Origin: Bacteroidota bacterium
Lineage (GTDB): Bacteria; Bacteroidota; Bacteroidia; Flavobacteriales_F; PHOS-HE28
NCBI GenBank assembly: GCA_029573495.1
Contig: JAKQEI010000094.1
Span: forward strand, 46,165-110,164
Length of the DNA stretch: 64,000 nt
Direction: 5' to 3'
The position numbers and the translations under genes are program-made. The notes below the pieces were generated by a model that worked only from the letters and a program-made list of their open reading frames with translations, did not search any database and was not told the DNA's origin. Shown one piece after another: positions 38,510 to 49,119 of the stretch (position 1 is the stretch's first letter; every line of letters begins with the position of its first letter).

Positions 38510-40435
38510 TCAGACCTTGTTCCCCAGCGTCCGGAACCGGATGTGGTAGTGCGTCCCCTGGTCGCCGCCCTGCACCGTCATGCGACCGTTCAACTGCTCC
38601 ACGAGGCTCTCGATCAGTGAGACACCGAGCGTCGTGCCATCGGTCTGCATCTTCTCCAGCGGGATGCCCACACCATCGTCCGTGTAGACGAGATCGTAGG
38701 CCCCTTCGCCCGCATCGCTGATGGTGAGCTCGATGTGGCCCTCCGTGCGTCCGGTGAACGCGTGCTTGAAGGAGTTGGTGATGAGCTCGTTCAACAGCAG
38801 ACCCAGCGGCACCATGGTGTGCAGGTCGAAGCTCAGGTCCTTGGCGATGTGGGTCCGGTACTCGATCCGATCGTCCACGTCGTTCACCTCCACCAGGTCC
38901 GCAAAGAGCTCGCGGATATAGAGGGCCACATCCACCGTCGCCAGCTCATCGCCCTTGTACAGCTTCTCGTGTATCAAGGCCATGCTGGTGACCCGGCTCT
39001 GGCTCTGGTCGAAGGCGTTCTGCAGACGTTCATCGGCGATCGTGCCGGCCTGCAGCCGCAACAGGCTGGCGATCACCTGCAGGTTGTTCTTCACCCGGTG
39101 GTGCATTTCCTTGATCAGCACCGTGATCCGCTCGTTCGCCTGTTCCAGCTTCTCCTTCTCGGCCTGCAACGCCGCGTTCTGCTCGTTATCGCGGATGCGC
39201 GCCGCCTTGAGGTTCTCCCGCATGCGCGAGAGCGCCAGCCCCAGCACGTCCTGGCGTCCACGCACCGGAACGGGGGTGTCATAGTCCCCCTTGCCGATGG
39301 CCTCCGCACTGCTGGCCTGTGCGCGGATGTTGTCGATCATGCCATTGAAGGAGAGCGCCATCTGGCCGATCTCGTCGGTGCTGCTCACCGGCACCTTCGC
39401 ACTGATATCCCCCGTGGCCAGCGAGCGGGAGGCGTGCGTCACCTCGTTCACCGTGTTCCGCAGGCCGCGCAGGATCACCACGCCCATGATGGTGACCGCG
39501 CCCACCACCCCGAGCAGGGCCGCCAGGACGATGAAGAGCCTGAGTTCCGCACTGCGTGAGTTGGCGGCCGTGCTCTCCCGGATCAGGCCCAGGGAGCTGT
39601 CCTCGACCAGCTTCAACTTCTCCAGCGCCTGCAGGCTCAGCTCCCACCACTGGCGCGGTGCGAGGCCGAGCGGATCCACCGTGCGTCGCTCCTTCACCGT
39701 CCCGATCAACGCACGGAGGAAGTTCACATCAGGCCCCTGGAAGAGCTGGCGGTAGGCCTTCATCACCTCCGGTCGGGCATCGCGCTCGAAGAGCAGCAGG
39801 TTGGTCTCGTAGGTGGAGATGAGATCGTTGATCTCGCCCTGGTCGCTCTCGGTCATCACCCCGCGCGAGCCGATGCTGAGCCGGTCACGCACCATGCAGA
39901 GCGCCTGCTTGGCGTTCAGCAGCCGCTGGTGGGCGTACATCCAGGACTGCGTTTCCGGGTCCAGTCCCGTGCGCACGATGCGGCCCATCTCATCCAGCAG
40001 ACGCTGGTCCATGGCCCCGTAACTGCGGCCCGCCGCCTCGGGATCGATGCGACGTTCGGCGACCCGAGCGCGCAGGATGTTGAGCCCGTCGAAGGGAAGG
40101 CCGCCCACCACCGTGGGGTCGTTCGGGTGCGTGGGGTCGCGCAGTTCGGCGATGCTGACATTGGTGCGCTGATGCTGCACCGTGAGCTTGATGGAGGTGA
40201 CGGGCTTGCCGGTGAGGTAGCCCACGGAGAGGGCGCTTTCACGCTGAAGCTCGTGGATGACCTCGGCGAAGCGTCCGATCAAGGCGCTCTGCTCCTCCAC
40301 GTAATCCATCACGTCCAGGCGCTTGATGCTGGAATCGACCTGCTTGCCGATCAGCAGTACCATGCCCACCACCGGGATGCCCAGGGTGATCATGAACTTG
40401 GTACGGATGGGGAGGTCCGCGAAGCGCCAACGCAT
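38510..40435 (-). CDS. sensor histidine kinase (NIT-like sensor, HAMP, HisKA_2, HATPase_c)
   Basis: H-box [20 protein letters not shown] (HisKA_2 type) and a HAMP-like segment after the second TM. The start is taken at [14 protein letters not shown] (40435) so that the divergent promoter region stays non-coding. The track start is 40468. Confidence 0.85.
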   Translation of the reverse strand: MRWRFADLPIRTKFMITLGIPVVGMVLLIGKQVDSSIKRLDVMDYVEEQSALIGRFAEVIHELQRESALSVGYLTGKPVTSIKLTVQHQRTNVSIAELRDPTHPNDPTVVGGLPFDGLNILRARVAERRIDPEAAGRSYGAMDQRLLDEMGRIVRTGLDPETQSWMYAHQRLLNAKQALCMVRDRLSIGSRGVMTESDQGEINDLISTYETNLLLFERDARPEVMKAYRQLFQGPDVNFLRALIGTVKERRTVDPLGLAPRQWWELSLQALEKLKLVEDSSLGLIRESTAANSRSAELRLFIVLAALLGVVGAVTIMGVVILRGLRNTVNEVTHASRSLATGDISAKVPVSSTDEIGQMALSFNGMIDNIRAQASSAEAIGKGDYDTPVPVRGRQDVLGLALSRMRENLKAARIRDNEQNAALQAEKEKLEQANERITVLIKEMHHRVKNNLQVIASLLRLQAGTIADERLQNAFDQSQSRVTSMALIHEKLYKGDELATVDVALYIRELFADLVEVNDVDDRIEYRTHIAKDLSFDLHTMVPLGLLLNELITNSFKHAFTGRTEGHIELTISDAGEGAYDLVYTDDGVGIPLEKMQTDGTTLGVSLIESLVEQLNGRMTVQGGDQGTHYHIRFRTLGNKV

Positions 40436-40475
40436 CGTGCCGAAAGTACAGCGCACCGCGCTTGCCACGGGCTTC

Positions 40476-40483
40476 TACCTTTG
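40476..40483 (+). promoter_or_regulatory. Bacteroidota-type -7 promoter box TAnnTTTG
   Basis: TACCTTTG lies 30 nt upstream of ATG 40513, in the divergent spacer. Confidence 0.35.
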
Positions 40484-40512
40484 GCCGCAACGGCCATGGC
40501 CGGTTAGCACAC

Positions 40513-42054
40513 ATGAAGGAACAATTCGAGGCGCTCGACGCGCGGACGGCGGAGGCGCTGCAAGGTGGCGGCCAGGACCGCATCGCTGCACAACACAAGA
40601 AGGGCAAATTGACCGCACGCGAGCGCGTGGACCTGCTCCTCGACGAAGGCAGCTTCCAGGAGATCGGCCAGCTGGTCACCCATCGGAGCGACAACTTCGG
40701 ACTGGACAAGCAGGTCTTCCTTGGCGATGGCGTGGTCACGGGCCATGGCCGGATCGATGGTCGCCTCGTCTATGTGTTCTCGCAGGACTTCACGGTGCTG
40801 GGCGGATCGCTCGCGGAGGCCCATGCCGCCAAGATCTGCCGGATCATGGACCTGGCCATGCAGAACGGCGCTCCGGTGATCGGCCTCAATGACAGTGGCG
40901 GCGCGCGCATCCAGGAAGGCGTGGTCAGCCTCGCGGGTTACGCCGACATCTTCTATAGGAACGTGCGCAGCAGTGGCGTGGTCCCGCAGATCAGCGCCAT
41001 CCTCGGGCCCTGTGCCGGCGGTGCGGTGTACAGCCCGGCCCTCACCGATTTCGTGATGATGACCGAGGGGACGAGCTACATGTTCGTCACCGGGCCCAAC
41101 GTGGTGAAGACCGTGACCCATGAAGAGGTGAGCAGCGAGGACCTCGGTGGTGCCTCCACGCATGCCTCCAAGAGCGGGGTCGCGCACTTCACGGCACCGA
41201 ACGAGCTCGACGCCATCCGCCAGCTCCGCCAGCTGATCTCCTATATCCCGAGCAACTGTGAGGAGGACCCACCCATGGTGGACTACCAGCCCGGTGATGA
41301 GCTGCGTCCCGAACTCGACACCATCATCCCGGAGAACCCGAACCAGCCCTACGATATCCGCGAGGTGCTCAATGCGGTGATCGATCCGGACAGCAGCATG
41401 GAAGTGCATGCCGACTATGCCCGTAACATGGTGATCGGCTTCGCGCGCGTGGCCGGCCGCACCGTTGGTTGCGTGGCCAATCAGCCCGCCACCCTGGCCG
41501 GTGTGCTCGATATCGATGCAAGCGTGAAGGCCGCGCGCTTCGTGCGCTTCTGCGATGCCTTCAACATCCCGCTGCTCGTCTTCGTGGACGTGCCCGGTTT
41601 CCTCCCGGGTACGGACCAGGAATGGCGCGGCATCATCAACCACGGAGCGAAATTGCTGTACGCCTTCAGTGAGGCCACCGTGCCGCGGATCACCGTCATC
41701 ACACGCAAGGCGTACGGCGGAGCGTATGATGTGATGAACTCCAAGCACATCGGTGCCGACATGAACTTCGCCTGGCCCGGCGCGGAGATCGCCGTGATGG
41801 GCGCGAAGGGTGCGGCGGAGATCATCTTCAAGGGGGAGATCGCGAAGGCCGCGGACCCGGCCGCCAAGCTTGCCGAGAAGGAGGCCGAGTACAAGAAGCA
41901 GTTCGCCAATCCGTACGAAGCCGCGGCGCGCGGCTATGTGGATGCGGTGATCCGACCCTCCGAGACGCGGAAGCACATCATCGCCTCGCTGGACATGCTG
42001 CGCAATAAAGTGGAGAAACTCCCCCGCAAGAAGCACGGGAACATCCCGCTCTGA
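40513..42054 (+). CDS. acyl-CoA carboxylase carboxyltransferase (beta) subunit, propionyl-CoA / methylmalonyl-CoA type
   Basis: 513 aa from the internal ATG 40513 ([48 protein letters not shown]). Typical blocks [13 protein letters not shown] and [18 protein letters not shown]. Confidence 0.92.
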   Translation: MKEQFEALDARTAEALQGGGQDRIAAQHKKGKLTARERVDLLLDEGSFQEIGQLVTHRSDNFGLDKQVFLGDGVVTGHGRIDGRLVYVFSQDFTVLGGSLAEAHAAKICRIMDLAMQNGAPVIGLNDSGGARIQEGVVSLAGYADIFYRNVRSSGVVPQISAILGPCAGGAVYSPALTDFVMMTEGTSYMFVTGPNVVKTVTHEEVSSEDLGGASTHASKSGVAHFTAPNELDAIRQLRQLISYIPSNCEEDPPMVDYQPGDELRPELDTIIPENPNQPYDIREVLNAVIDPDSSMEVHADYARNMVIGFARVAGRTVGCVANQPATLAGVLDIDASVKAARFVRFCDAFNIPLLVFVDVPGFLPGTDQEWRGIINHGAKLLYAFSEATVPRITVITRKAYGGAYDVMNSKHIGADMNFAWPGAEIAVMGAKGAAEIIFKGEIAKAADPAAKLAEKEAEYKKQFANPYEAAARGYVDAVIRPSETRKHIIASLDMLRNKVEKLPRKKHGNIPL

Positions 42055-42082
42055 TCCGCGTATCAAGGGCTTCGCCTCGCAC

Positions 42083-42952
42083 ATGAAGTTCACCGTCGTC
42101 ACGCCCAGCTTCGGGCAGCTCCGCTACCTCCGCCTCAACGCCGCTTCCGTGGCCGACCAGCGCGCACCGGGCATCGAGGTGGAGCACATCGTGCAGGATG
42201 GTGGCAGCAAGGATGGCACCCGCGAGTGGCTGAAGGAGCAGACCCTGATCACCGCGGTACCCGAGCCCGACGAGGGCATGTACGATGCCATCAACCGCGG
42301 GATCTTGAAGGGTACCGGCGATGTCTTCTCCTGGCTCAACTGCGACGAGCAATACCTGCCCGGCACATTGGCCGCGGTCAAGGCCTACTTCGAGCAACAC
42401 CCGGAGGTGGACATGGTCGCGGGTGATACCATCGTGGTGGATGCACAGGGTGCGTACCAATGCCACCGCAAGGCCGTGGTGCCGACCACCGGCATCCTGC
42501 GTCTGGGGCGCACGCCGGTGCAGAGCTGTTCCCTCTTCTTCCGGGCCCGGCTCGTGAAGGGTGATGGGGCCGTGCTCTTCGATCCCCAGTGGAAGGCCAT
42601 GGGCGACTGGGCCTGGCTTCGCGATCAGGACGCGCGCGGAGCGCGCATGGAACGCCTGCCGCGCTTCCTCGCCACCTTCGTGGATGATGGTGGTAACCTC
42701 GGCATGAGCCCCCAGGCGATCAAGGAGACCCGCGCGGTGTACGGAGCCCTGAGCACCTGGCACCGCGCGACGGAATACGTGGTGCGCGGCGCGGACTACT
42801 TCCGCAAGTTCATGGATGGGTACTACTCCCAGAAGCCCTTCGACTACGCGATCTATGAGGTGGACCCCACCCGTCCCTCCGGTGTTTCTGCGGATCGGCG
42901 CGTGCGCCATGTGGCCCGGCCCACCTGGCATTGGAAGGGCCGGGCCCACTGA
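42083..42952 (+). CDS. family 2 glycosyltransferase
   Basis: 289 aa. MKFTVVTPSFGQ...QDGGSKDGT...WLNCDEQY (DxD-like) is typical of GT2. Confidence 0.8.
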   Translation: MKFTVVTPSFGQLRYLRLNAASVADQRAPGIEVEHIVQDGGSKDGTREWLKEQTLITAVPEPDEGMYDAINRGILKGTGDVFSWLNCDEQYLPGTLAAVKAYFEQHPEVDMVAGDTIVVDAQGAYQCHRKAVVPTTGILRLGRTPVQSCSLFFRARLVKGDGAVLFDPQWKAMGDWAWLRDQDARGARMERLPRFLATFVDDGGNLGMSPQAIKETRAVYGALSTWHRATEYVVRGADYFRKFMDGYYSQKPFDYAIYEVDPTRPSGVSADRRVRHVARPTWHWKGRAH

Positions 42953-43086
42953 GCCGACCGAGGGCATTCACCCTATTTCCAGCCTCGGATAACTTGCGGC
43001 CCCCAACGCGACGCTTCAAGGTTCACGCTTGCTGACAGGTCATCCCTCGTCGGCATGTCCGGGCCAATGGCGCACCTAGTGCAGGT

Positions 43087-45051
43087 ATGGTCCAACGTAT
43101 GGCCCCTCTCCGATCAGCCTTCATGGCGGTTGCCATGTCCTGTGCGATCATGGACCTCGGCGCTCAACAGGACCCCACCTGGCCGGAGGTCCAACGGATG
43201 AAGGAGGATACCACCAAGGTCCTCCGGCTGTCTGACCTGTGCTTCGGTTACCGGAGGAAGGATCCGGACTCGGCCTTGTACTTCGGGGGGCGGGCGCTTG
43301 AGCTGGCCAGGAAGCTGCATTATCCCAAAGGGGAGGCCCAAGCCTTGAACGACCTCGCCATCATCCACCTCGATCGCAGTGCGTTCGCCGAGGCGGATAG
43401 TGCGCTGCGTGCGGCCCTGCGCATCCGCACCCGCATCGGCGATGAAGAAGGGGTGGGAGCCGTGCACAACAAACTGGGCAACCTCTATCAATCGCAGCTC
43501 CGACTGGAGGAAGCATTGGAGGAGAACCGACGGGCACTGGCCATCTTCGAACGACTTGGTCAACGGGCGAAATCGGCGATCATCCTGAGCAACATCGCGA
43601 TCCTGGAGTTCAACCTGGGACAGAACGAGGAAGCCCTGAAGGACCATCGGACAGCTGCCGGGGTCCGGGAGGCGCTCGGTGACAGCGTCGGCCTGGCCAT
43701 CTCCCAGGGCAACATGGCCAATGTGATGCTTGCCATCGGGGATACGGCGGAAGCGCTGACCATGCTCCAGCGGGCAGGGAGCTTCTTCCGCGGTCGGGAC
43801 ATGGAGCTGGAGTACGCCGTACAGGCCAACAACGAGGCAGGCGTGCGCCTGGAGCGCGGTGAGGTGCAACGTGCCGCTGCGTTGTACGCGGAGGCGCTCG
43901 CCATCCGTGAAGAAGCAGGTGACCGCAAGGCCATCGCCTCCTCCTTGATCGGTCTCGCGGACGCCAGCGCACGGTCGGGACGGATGGGCGAGGCTCGGCG
44001 CCTGGCGCTGCGCGGGCTGGGTATATCCGCCGAAGTGGGTGCCATCAGCGAACAGATGAACGCCTATCGAACGCTTGCTCGTATCCATGCGCGGCTGGGG
44101 CATGCGGACAGTACCCTGGCCTACCATGAACGATTCGCCGCCCTGCGCGATTCCGTGTTCAGCTCGGAGAACGGTCGGCGCATATCGGACCTGCAGGCGC
44201 GCCTCGGGATCGAACGAAAGGAACAGGAGCTGCAGCAGCAGCGGGCGGATATCAATGAGAAGAACCTGGCCATCGCCGAGCTCGATCAGCAGGCGGAACG
44301 GCGGAGGTACCTGCTCATCCTGGTGGCATCGGGGACCGGTGTGGTCGGGCTGCTCGCGCTCTTCCTGCTCCAGCGGCAGAAGCGGAAAGCGGAAGCGCTC
44401 CGCAACGCCTCGGTGATCGCCGAGCGGGAGCTGGGCCTGAAGGCCCTGGTGCACCGCACCGACGCGGAACGTAAACGCATCGCCTCTGAACTGCATGATG
44501 GCGTCGGCCAACTGCTCACCGGCCTTAAGTACCGGTTGCAAGCAGTGGCAGGGGAGGACGCTCGGCTCCACGCCGCGCTGACATTGGCCGATGAGGCCGG
44601 CAAGGAGGTCCGGGGTATCGCGCACAGCATGATGCCCCGTGCCTTGGAGGAGACCGGGCTGGTCCCCGCCATGACCGACATGTTCACGCGTTCCTTGAAC
44701 GTTCCCGGTCTGGAGCACCATTTCGAACATCATGGCATGGACCGCCGCTTCGACACCGGGATCGAGACCGGTATCTATCGCATCGCGCAGGAGGTGGTGA
44801 GCAACATCCTGAAGCATGCCCATGCGCGACGGGTGGATGTCCAGCTGCTCGTCAATCAGGGCGCCATCGTGTTGATCATGGAGGATGATGGTGTCGGGTT
44901 CGATCCTTCCCGCATGGAGCAGGGGCTGGGTCTGCGCAATCTGAAGGACCGGGCGCGGATCATGCACGGCAACATCGATCTTTCGGCCCGCGAAGGCGGC
45001 GGTACGGTGGTCACCTTGCGCGTACCCTTGTCCGGAAGCACTGCAACATGA
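43087..45051 (+). CDS. TPR-repeat sensor histidine kinase (HisKA_3 / NarX-type)
   Basis: 654 aa. Signal/TM, about 7 TPR-like repeats, a TM helix (YLLILVASGTGVVGLLALFLL), H-box RKRIASELHDGVGQLLTGL, and HATPase (EDDGVGF...GLGLRNL). Confidence 0.9.
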   Translation: MVQRMAPLRSAFMAVAMSCAIMDLGAQQDPTWPEVQRMKEDTTKVLRLSDLCFGYRRKDPDSALYFGGRALELARKLHYPKGEAQALNDLAIIHLDRSAFAEADSALRAALRIRTRIGDEEGVGAVHNKLGNLYQSQLRLEEALEENRRALAIFERLGQRAKSAIILSNIAILEFNLGQNEEALKDHRTAAGVREALGDSVGLAISQGNMANVMLAIGDTAEALTMLQRAGSFFRGRDMELEYAVQANNEAGVRLERGEVQRAAALYAEALAIREEAGDRKAIASSLIGLADASARSGRMGEARRLALRGLGISAEVGAISEQMNAYRTLARIHARLGHADSTLAYHERFAALRDSVFSSENGRRISDLQARLGIERKEQELQQQRADINEKNLAIAELDQQAERRRYLLILVASGTGVVGLLALFLLQRQKRKAEALRNASVIAERELGLKALVHRTDAERKRIASELHDGVGQLLTGLKYRLQAVAGEDARLHAALTLADEAGKEVRGIAHSMMPRALEETGLVPAMTDMFTRSLNVPGLEHHFEHHGMDRRFDTGIETGIYRIAQEVVSNILKHAHARRVDVQLLVNQGAIVLIMEDDGVGFDPSRMEQGLGLRNLKDRARIMHGNIDLSAREGGGTVVTLRVPLSGSTAT

Positions 45052-45689
45052 ACGATCCGATCCGTGTGGCCATCTGCGATGATCACCGCGTGGTGACCGA
45101 GGCGCTGAGCGAACTGATCAACGGTATGGCCGGGGTCGATTGCGTTGGTACCGCCGGGAACGGGGAGGAGGCGCTGTTCATGCTCAAGCACATCCAGGTG
45201 GACGTGCTGCTCACCGATCTCGACATGCCCGCGATGGACGGCTTCGAACTCGCCCCCAAAGCGCGGGCCGAGCGTCCTGGGATCCGCATCCTGGTGCTCA
45301 CCATGCACGACGAACCAGCGCTCGTACAGCGTGCAGCGGAGATCGGCGCGGACGGCTATGTGCTCAAGAGCGCCGGCAAGGACGAGCTCCTGCTCGCCAT
45401 TCGTGAGGTGCATGCCGGCCGTCGGTACTTCAGCGGAACGGTGACCAGCAAATTGTTGGATGGCGGTGGTGGTGCGACCACTTCCGCGCTGCTGCAGGAC
45501 CTGAGCACCCGGGAGATCGAGGTCCTGGCGGCGCTGGCCGAGGGTCTGGGTAACAAGGAGATCGGCGCACGCCTCTTCATCAGCCCGCGCACTGTGGATA
45601 CACACCGCACCAACCTCATGCGCAAGCTGGACACCCACAACCTCGCCGGCCTCGTGCGCATCGCCATCAAGGCTGGTCTTGTCCGATAA
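45048..45689 (+). CDS. LuxR/NarL-family response regulator
   Basis: ATGA overlap with the kinase. Receiver (VAICDDH...LLTDLDMPAMDG) plus LuxR HTH (LSTREIEVLAALAEGLGNKEIGARLFISPRTVDTHRTNLMRKL). Confidence 0.93.
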   Translation: MNDPIRVAICDDHRVVTEALSELINGMAGVDCVGTAGNGEEALFMLKHIQVDVLLTDLDMPAMDGFELAPKARAERPGIRILVLTMHDEPALVQRAAEIGADGYVLKSAGKDELLLAIREVHAGRRYFSGTVTSKLLDGGGGATTSALLQDLSTREIEVLAALAEGLGNKEIGARLFISPRTVDTHRTNLMRKLDTHNLAGLVRIAIKAGLVR

Positions 45690-45781
45690 GCTCCCCGCAT
45701 GCGGCGATCGATCCGGTCCGTTCAGGATCCTTAACACGGCTTCGCCCGGCACGGACCCTAACTTCGGACCGAACACAACCC

Positions 45782-46426
45782 TTGACCATGCTCTTCAAAC
45801 TCACCTCCCTGCTGGCCATCGGCGCGCTCGCCACGATGCCCCACGACCCGCTACCCGACCTGGAGATCGGTACCAGCCTTCCCGCATCGGACATCCGGAT
45901 GAAGGATGTGAGCGGCAAGGAACTTTCCCTGAAGGACGCCGCTGGGAAGAACGGCTTGCTGGTGATCTTCTCCTGCAACACCTGCCCCTTCGTGATCGGC
46001 AACGAGGACAGTCAGGGATGGGAAGGCCGTTATCCGGAGCTGGCCGCCTACACGCAGCGTCATGGCGTCGGCATCATCTTCGTGAACAGTAACACAGCCA
46101 AGCGTGACAAGGGCGATGGCTTCGCTGACATGCAGGCGCGCTACCAGGAGAAGAAGTACGCCGGACACTACGTGCTGGATGAGGGGAACAAGGTGGCCGA
46201 TGCCTTCGGCGCACGCACCACCCCGCACGTCTTCCTCTTCGACAAGGACCTCAAGCTCGCCTACAAAGGCGCCATCGATGACAACGTGGGCGATGCCGCC
46301 GCGGTGAAGGAACGCTATGTGGAGAAGGCCGTGGCCGACGTGGCCGCTGGCAAGTCCGCCGATCCTGCCGTTACGCGCAACATCGGTTGCAGCATCAAGC
46401 GCGTGGCCGTGGAGCACAAGCATTGA
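45782..46426 (+). CDS. exported thioredoxin-fold (redoxin/TlpA-like) protein
   Basis: 214 aa. Signal peptide, and LLVIFSCNTCPFV with CxxC in a thioredoxin-fold context. Confidence 0.75.
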   Translation: MTMLFKLTSLLAIGALATMPHDPLPDLEIGTSLPASDIRMKDVSGKELSLKDAAGKNGLLVIFSCNTCPFVIGNEDSQGWEGRYPELAAYTQRHGVGIIFVNSNTAKRDKGDGFADMQARYQEKKYAGHYVLDEGNKVADAFGARTTPHVFLFDKDLKLAYKGAIDDNVGDAAAVKERYVEKAVADVAAGKSADPAVTRNIGCSIKRVAVEHKH

Positions 46427-46440
46427 TCGTTCACCCTTCG

Positions 46441-46485
46441 CAACGCCGCGTCATCCGTGCATGGCGCGGCGTTGTTCATTTGTTG
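46441..46485 (+). terminator. rho-independent terminator
   Basis: 10-bp stem CAACGCCGCG / CGCGGCGTTG with a 14-nt loop, followed by TTCATTTGTTG. Confidence 0.6.
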
Positions 46486-46544
46486 AAAACAATGTGCGGG
46501 ACGCCCGCAGGGAGGGCTGTTCCTTTGCGTCAAAGGACTTCCGG

Positions 46545-47858
46545 ATGAACGTTCTATTGATCGGTGGGGGCGGCCGCGAACACGCCATGGCCTGGAAGAT
46601 CGCCCAGAGCTCCTTGCTGGACGAGCTCTACATCGCCCCGGGCAACCCGGGTACGGTGCGGCATGGTCGCAATGTGGTGCTGGACCTCCACGACCAGAAG
46701 AAGCTGCGTGCCTTCCTGCTCGAGAAACGCATCCGCATCGTGGTGGTGGGGCCGGAGGGCCCCCTGGTCGACGGTCTCCATGATCGCATCGCCGATGATC
46801 CCGAACTGAAGGAGGTCACGGTGATCGGGCCCCGGAAGGAGGGCGCACGGCTCGAGGGCAGCAAGGACTTCGCCAAGGAGTTCATGTTCCGCCACAACAT
46901 CCCGACCGCCGCGCATCGCAGCTTCGGCAAGGGTCAGTTGCAGGAGGCCATCGACCACATCGAACGATCGCCCGCGCCCTATGTGCTCAAGGCGGATGGA
47001 CTGGCTTCCGGCAAGGGCGTGGTCATCACCAGCGACAAGAAGGAGGCGGCCAAGGTGCTGAAGGACATGCTGCAGGACGGTCGCTTCGGTGCGGCTGGCG
47101 AGCGTGTGGTGATCGAGCAGTTCCTCAAGGGTATCGAGGTCTCCGCGTTCCTCATCACCGATGGGGATTCCTTCAAGATGCTCCCCGGCGCCAAGGATTA
47201 CAAGCGTATCGGTGCCGGTGATGCCGGACCGAACACCGGCGGCATGGGCGCGGTATCCCCGGTGCCCTTCGCTGACCGCGACTTCATGCAGAAGGTGCAC
47301 GACCGCGTGGCGGCCCCCACCATCCGCGGGTTGAAGAAGGACGGCATCGCCTACAGCGGCTTCCTGTTCATGGGACTGATGAACGTGAACGGCGAACCGT
47401 ACGTGATCGAATACAACGTCCGCCTCGGCGACCCGGAGACCCAGGCGATACTGCCCCGCTTGCGGAGTGACCTATTGGACCTGTTCGAAGGCATCGCCTC
47501 CTCGACCCTCAGCGAGCGCCATGTGGATGTGGATGACCGCACGGCCGTCTCCATCGTCCTGGCCAGCGAGGGCTACCCGGGCGAGTACGCGACGGGAGCG
47601 CCCATCGTGGGCATGGAGCTCGTACGGGACGCCTATGTGTTCCAGAGCGGCACCGCGATGAAAGGAGAGCAGTTGGTGACGGCCGGAGGGCGGGTGCTCA
47701 CCGTGACCGCGTTCGGGAAGGACCTGGAACAGGCGATCATGAGCGCCCAGCGCTCAGCCGCGCTCATCGACTTCGAAGGCCGCTACCTGCGTCCGGACAT
47801 CGGGTTCGATCTGGTGAAGCAACCGTCCACCAAAGCAGCACCTCCGGTGGCCCGTTAA
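46545..47858 (+). CDS. purD: phosphoribosylamine--glycine ligase
   Basis: Track ORF 46317-47858. The conserved N-terminus MNVLLIGGGGREHAMAWKI starts at ATG 46545, downstream of the terminator. Confidence 0.93.
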   Translation: MNVLLIGGGGREHAMAWKIAQSSLLDELYIAPGNPGTVRHGRNVVLDLHDQKKLRAFLLEKRIRIVVVGPEGPLVDGLHDRIADDPELKEVTVIGPRKEGARLEGSKDFAKEFMFRHNIPTAAHRSFGKGQLQEAIDHIERSPAPYVLKADGLASGKGVVITSDKKEAAKVLKDMLQDGRFGAAGERVVIEQFLKGIEVSAFLITDGDSFKMLPGAKDYKRIGAGDAGPNTGGMGAVSPVPFADRDFMQKVHDRVAAPTIRGLKKDGIAYSGFLFMGLMNVNGEPYVIEYNVRLGDPETQAILPRLRSDLLDLFEGIASSTLSERHVDVDDRTAVSIVLASEGYPGEYATGAPIVGMELVRDAYVFQSGTAMKGEQLVTAGGRVLTVTAFGKDLEQAIMSAQRSAALIDFEGRYLRPDIGFDLVKQPSTKAAPPVAR

Positions 47859-48034
47859 GCCAGGGTGCCTTCCTGCTTGGCCTTCCGGTTGTACCGGCCT
47901 TGCATGTTCAACCAGTACACCAGGCCGAAACCCAGTACCAAGCTGAACAACGTGACCGGGAACCAACCCATCCAAGAGAGCAGGCGCAAAGCCTCTTCGA
48001 TGAAGTGGCCGGTGGCGAATACGATCTTCTGCAT
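47855..48034 (-). CDS. small (59 aa) membrane protein, DUF6341-like
   Basis: Not in the track (<60 aa). Reads MQKIVFATGHFIEEALRLLSWMGWFPVTLFSLVLGFGLVYWLNMQGRYNRKAKQEGTLA. Its stop overlaps the purD stop. Divergent from the next membrane gene, as I recall for Flavobacteriia. The family name is from memory. Confidence 0.5.
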   Translation of the reverse strand: MQKIVFATGHFIEEALRLLSWMGWFPVTLFSLVLGFGLVYWLNMQGRYNRKAKQEGTLA

Positions 48035-48089
48035 CGTTCAGGAACTGTGACCGGCCAAAGATAGACAGTCGCCCGGAACCCGCCCGCTC

Positions 48090-49064
48090 ATGCTCGTCCA
48101 GCTCTTCCGTAGCAACCGACCCGGAGTCCTGCTATTGTTGCTGCTGTTGGTCCCGGCGCTGTTCTGGCCACATCTGCTGGCGGCACCTCCCGACCTCTCC
48201 GGTGGCATGCCGCTGGCCCGCCTCTTCGGCGGGTTGTTCGGCCTGGGCAGCTGGGTGCACGGGGCGGTGGTCCTGGCCCTCGTGGCGATCCTGGCCATTC
48301 AGGTGACGGTGCTGATGAACGAGACGGAACTGGCCGTGCGACGCAACCACCTGCCCGGCCTGTTGGTGCCGCTGGCCGTGGCCTTGGCCATATCCCCCGG
48401 TGCGGCAGGCGCGGCCTTCCTGGGCACCCCCTTCATCATCTGGGCCATGCACCGCACCTGGAGCATCTCCAGCGGCAGCAAGGCCTTGGGCGCGCTCTTC
48501 GATGCGGGCCTCCTCATCGGACTGGCCGCTATGTGCTACATGCCCTATGCCTTCCTGCTGGTGGTGGTCTGGGCTTCGGTATCGGTGATCCGTCCGTTCC
48601 AATGGCGGGAGTACCTGGTTCCCTTCCTGGGTGTCGTGGTCATCTTCTACATGGCCTGGGGCGTGCACCACCTCCTGGATACCCCCTCCTGGGATCCCCT
48701 GCGCACGGTGGCCGCTTCCACCATCGGGCCCGGCCGCACTCCCCCGGGTTATGGCTGGACCGTGGGCCTCGTCCTGGTCCCCTTATTGCTGATCGCCATG
48801 CTCCGCTTCACGGAGTATTACGGCCGCGGTGTGGTGCGGGAGCAGAACATCCGGAGCGCTTTCATCGCCCTGGTGCTGACGCTGGTGCTCCTGGGGGGGC
48901 TGGTCCAGCTGATCACCGGGCTCTTTCCCGTGGCCGTGGTGGCCATCCCGGGCGCCGTGCTGGCGACCTTCGCCTTCCTGGGCACGCGCCGGGCCTGGGT
49001 GGGTGAGGCCACCGTGCTCTGCCTGCTCGTGCTGGCCATCTGGTCGCAGTACACGGGGTCCTGA
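48090..49064 (+). CDS. polytopic membrane protein of unknown function (DUF6427-like)
   Basis: 324 aa with about 8 hydrophobic segments. The N-terminus MLVQLFRSNRPGVLLLLLLLVPALFW resembles that family. The family name is from memory. Confidence 0.65.
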   Translation: MLVQLFRSNRPGVLLLLLLLVPALFWPHLLAAPPDLSGGMPLARLFGGLFGLGSWVHGAVVLALVAILAIQVTVLMNETELAVRRNHLPGLLVPLAVALAISPGAAGAAFLGTPFIIWAMHRTWSISSGSKALGALFDAGLLIGLAAMCYMPYAFLLVVVWASVSVIRPFQWREYLVPFLGVVVIFYMAWGVHHLLDTPSWDPLRTVAASTIGPGRTPPGYGWTVGLVLVPLLLIAMLRFTEYYGRGVVREQNIRSAFIALVLTLVLLGGLVQLITGLFPVAVVAIPGAVLATFAFLGTRRAWVGEATVLCLLVLAIWSQYTGS

Positions 49065-49119
49065 GCGCACCTGTACCTTCGCGCCGCGCGCGGGACATCA
49101 CACCGTCGCACCCATCGCG

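Noticed and set aside
43068-43083. The best-looking sigma-54 consensus match in the window, TGGCGCacctaGTGCA, just upstream of the TPR-HisKA_3 kinase.
   Set aside because: The GC dinucleotide is only 4 nt from ATG 43087, so the transcription start would fall inside the coding region unless the gene starts later. There is no supporting evidence, so it was not listed as a feature.
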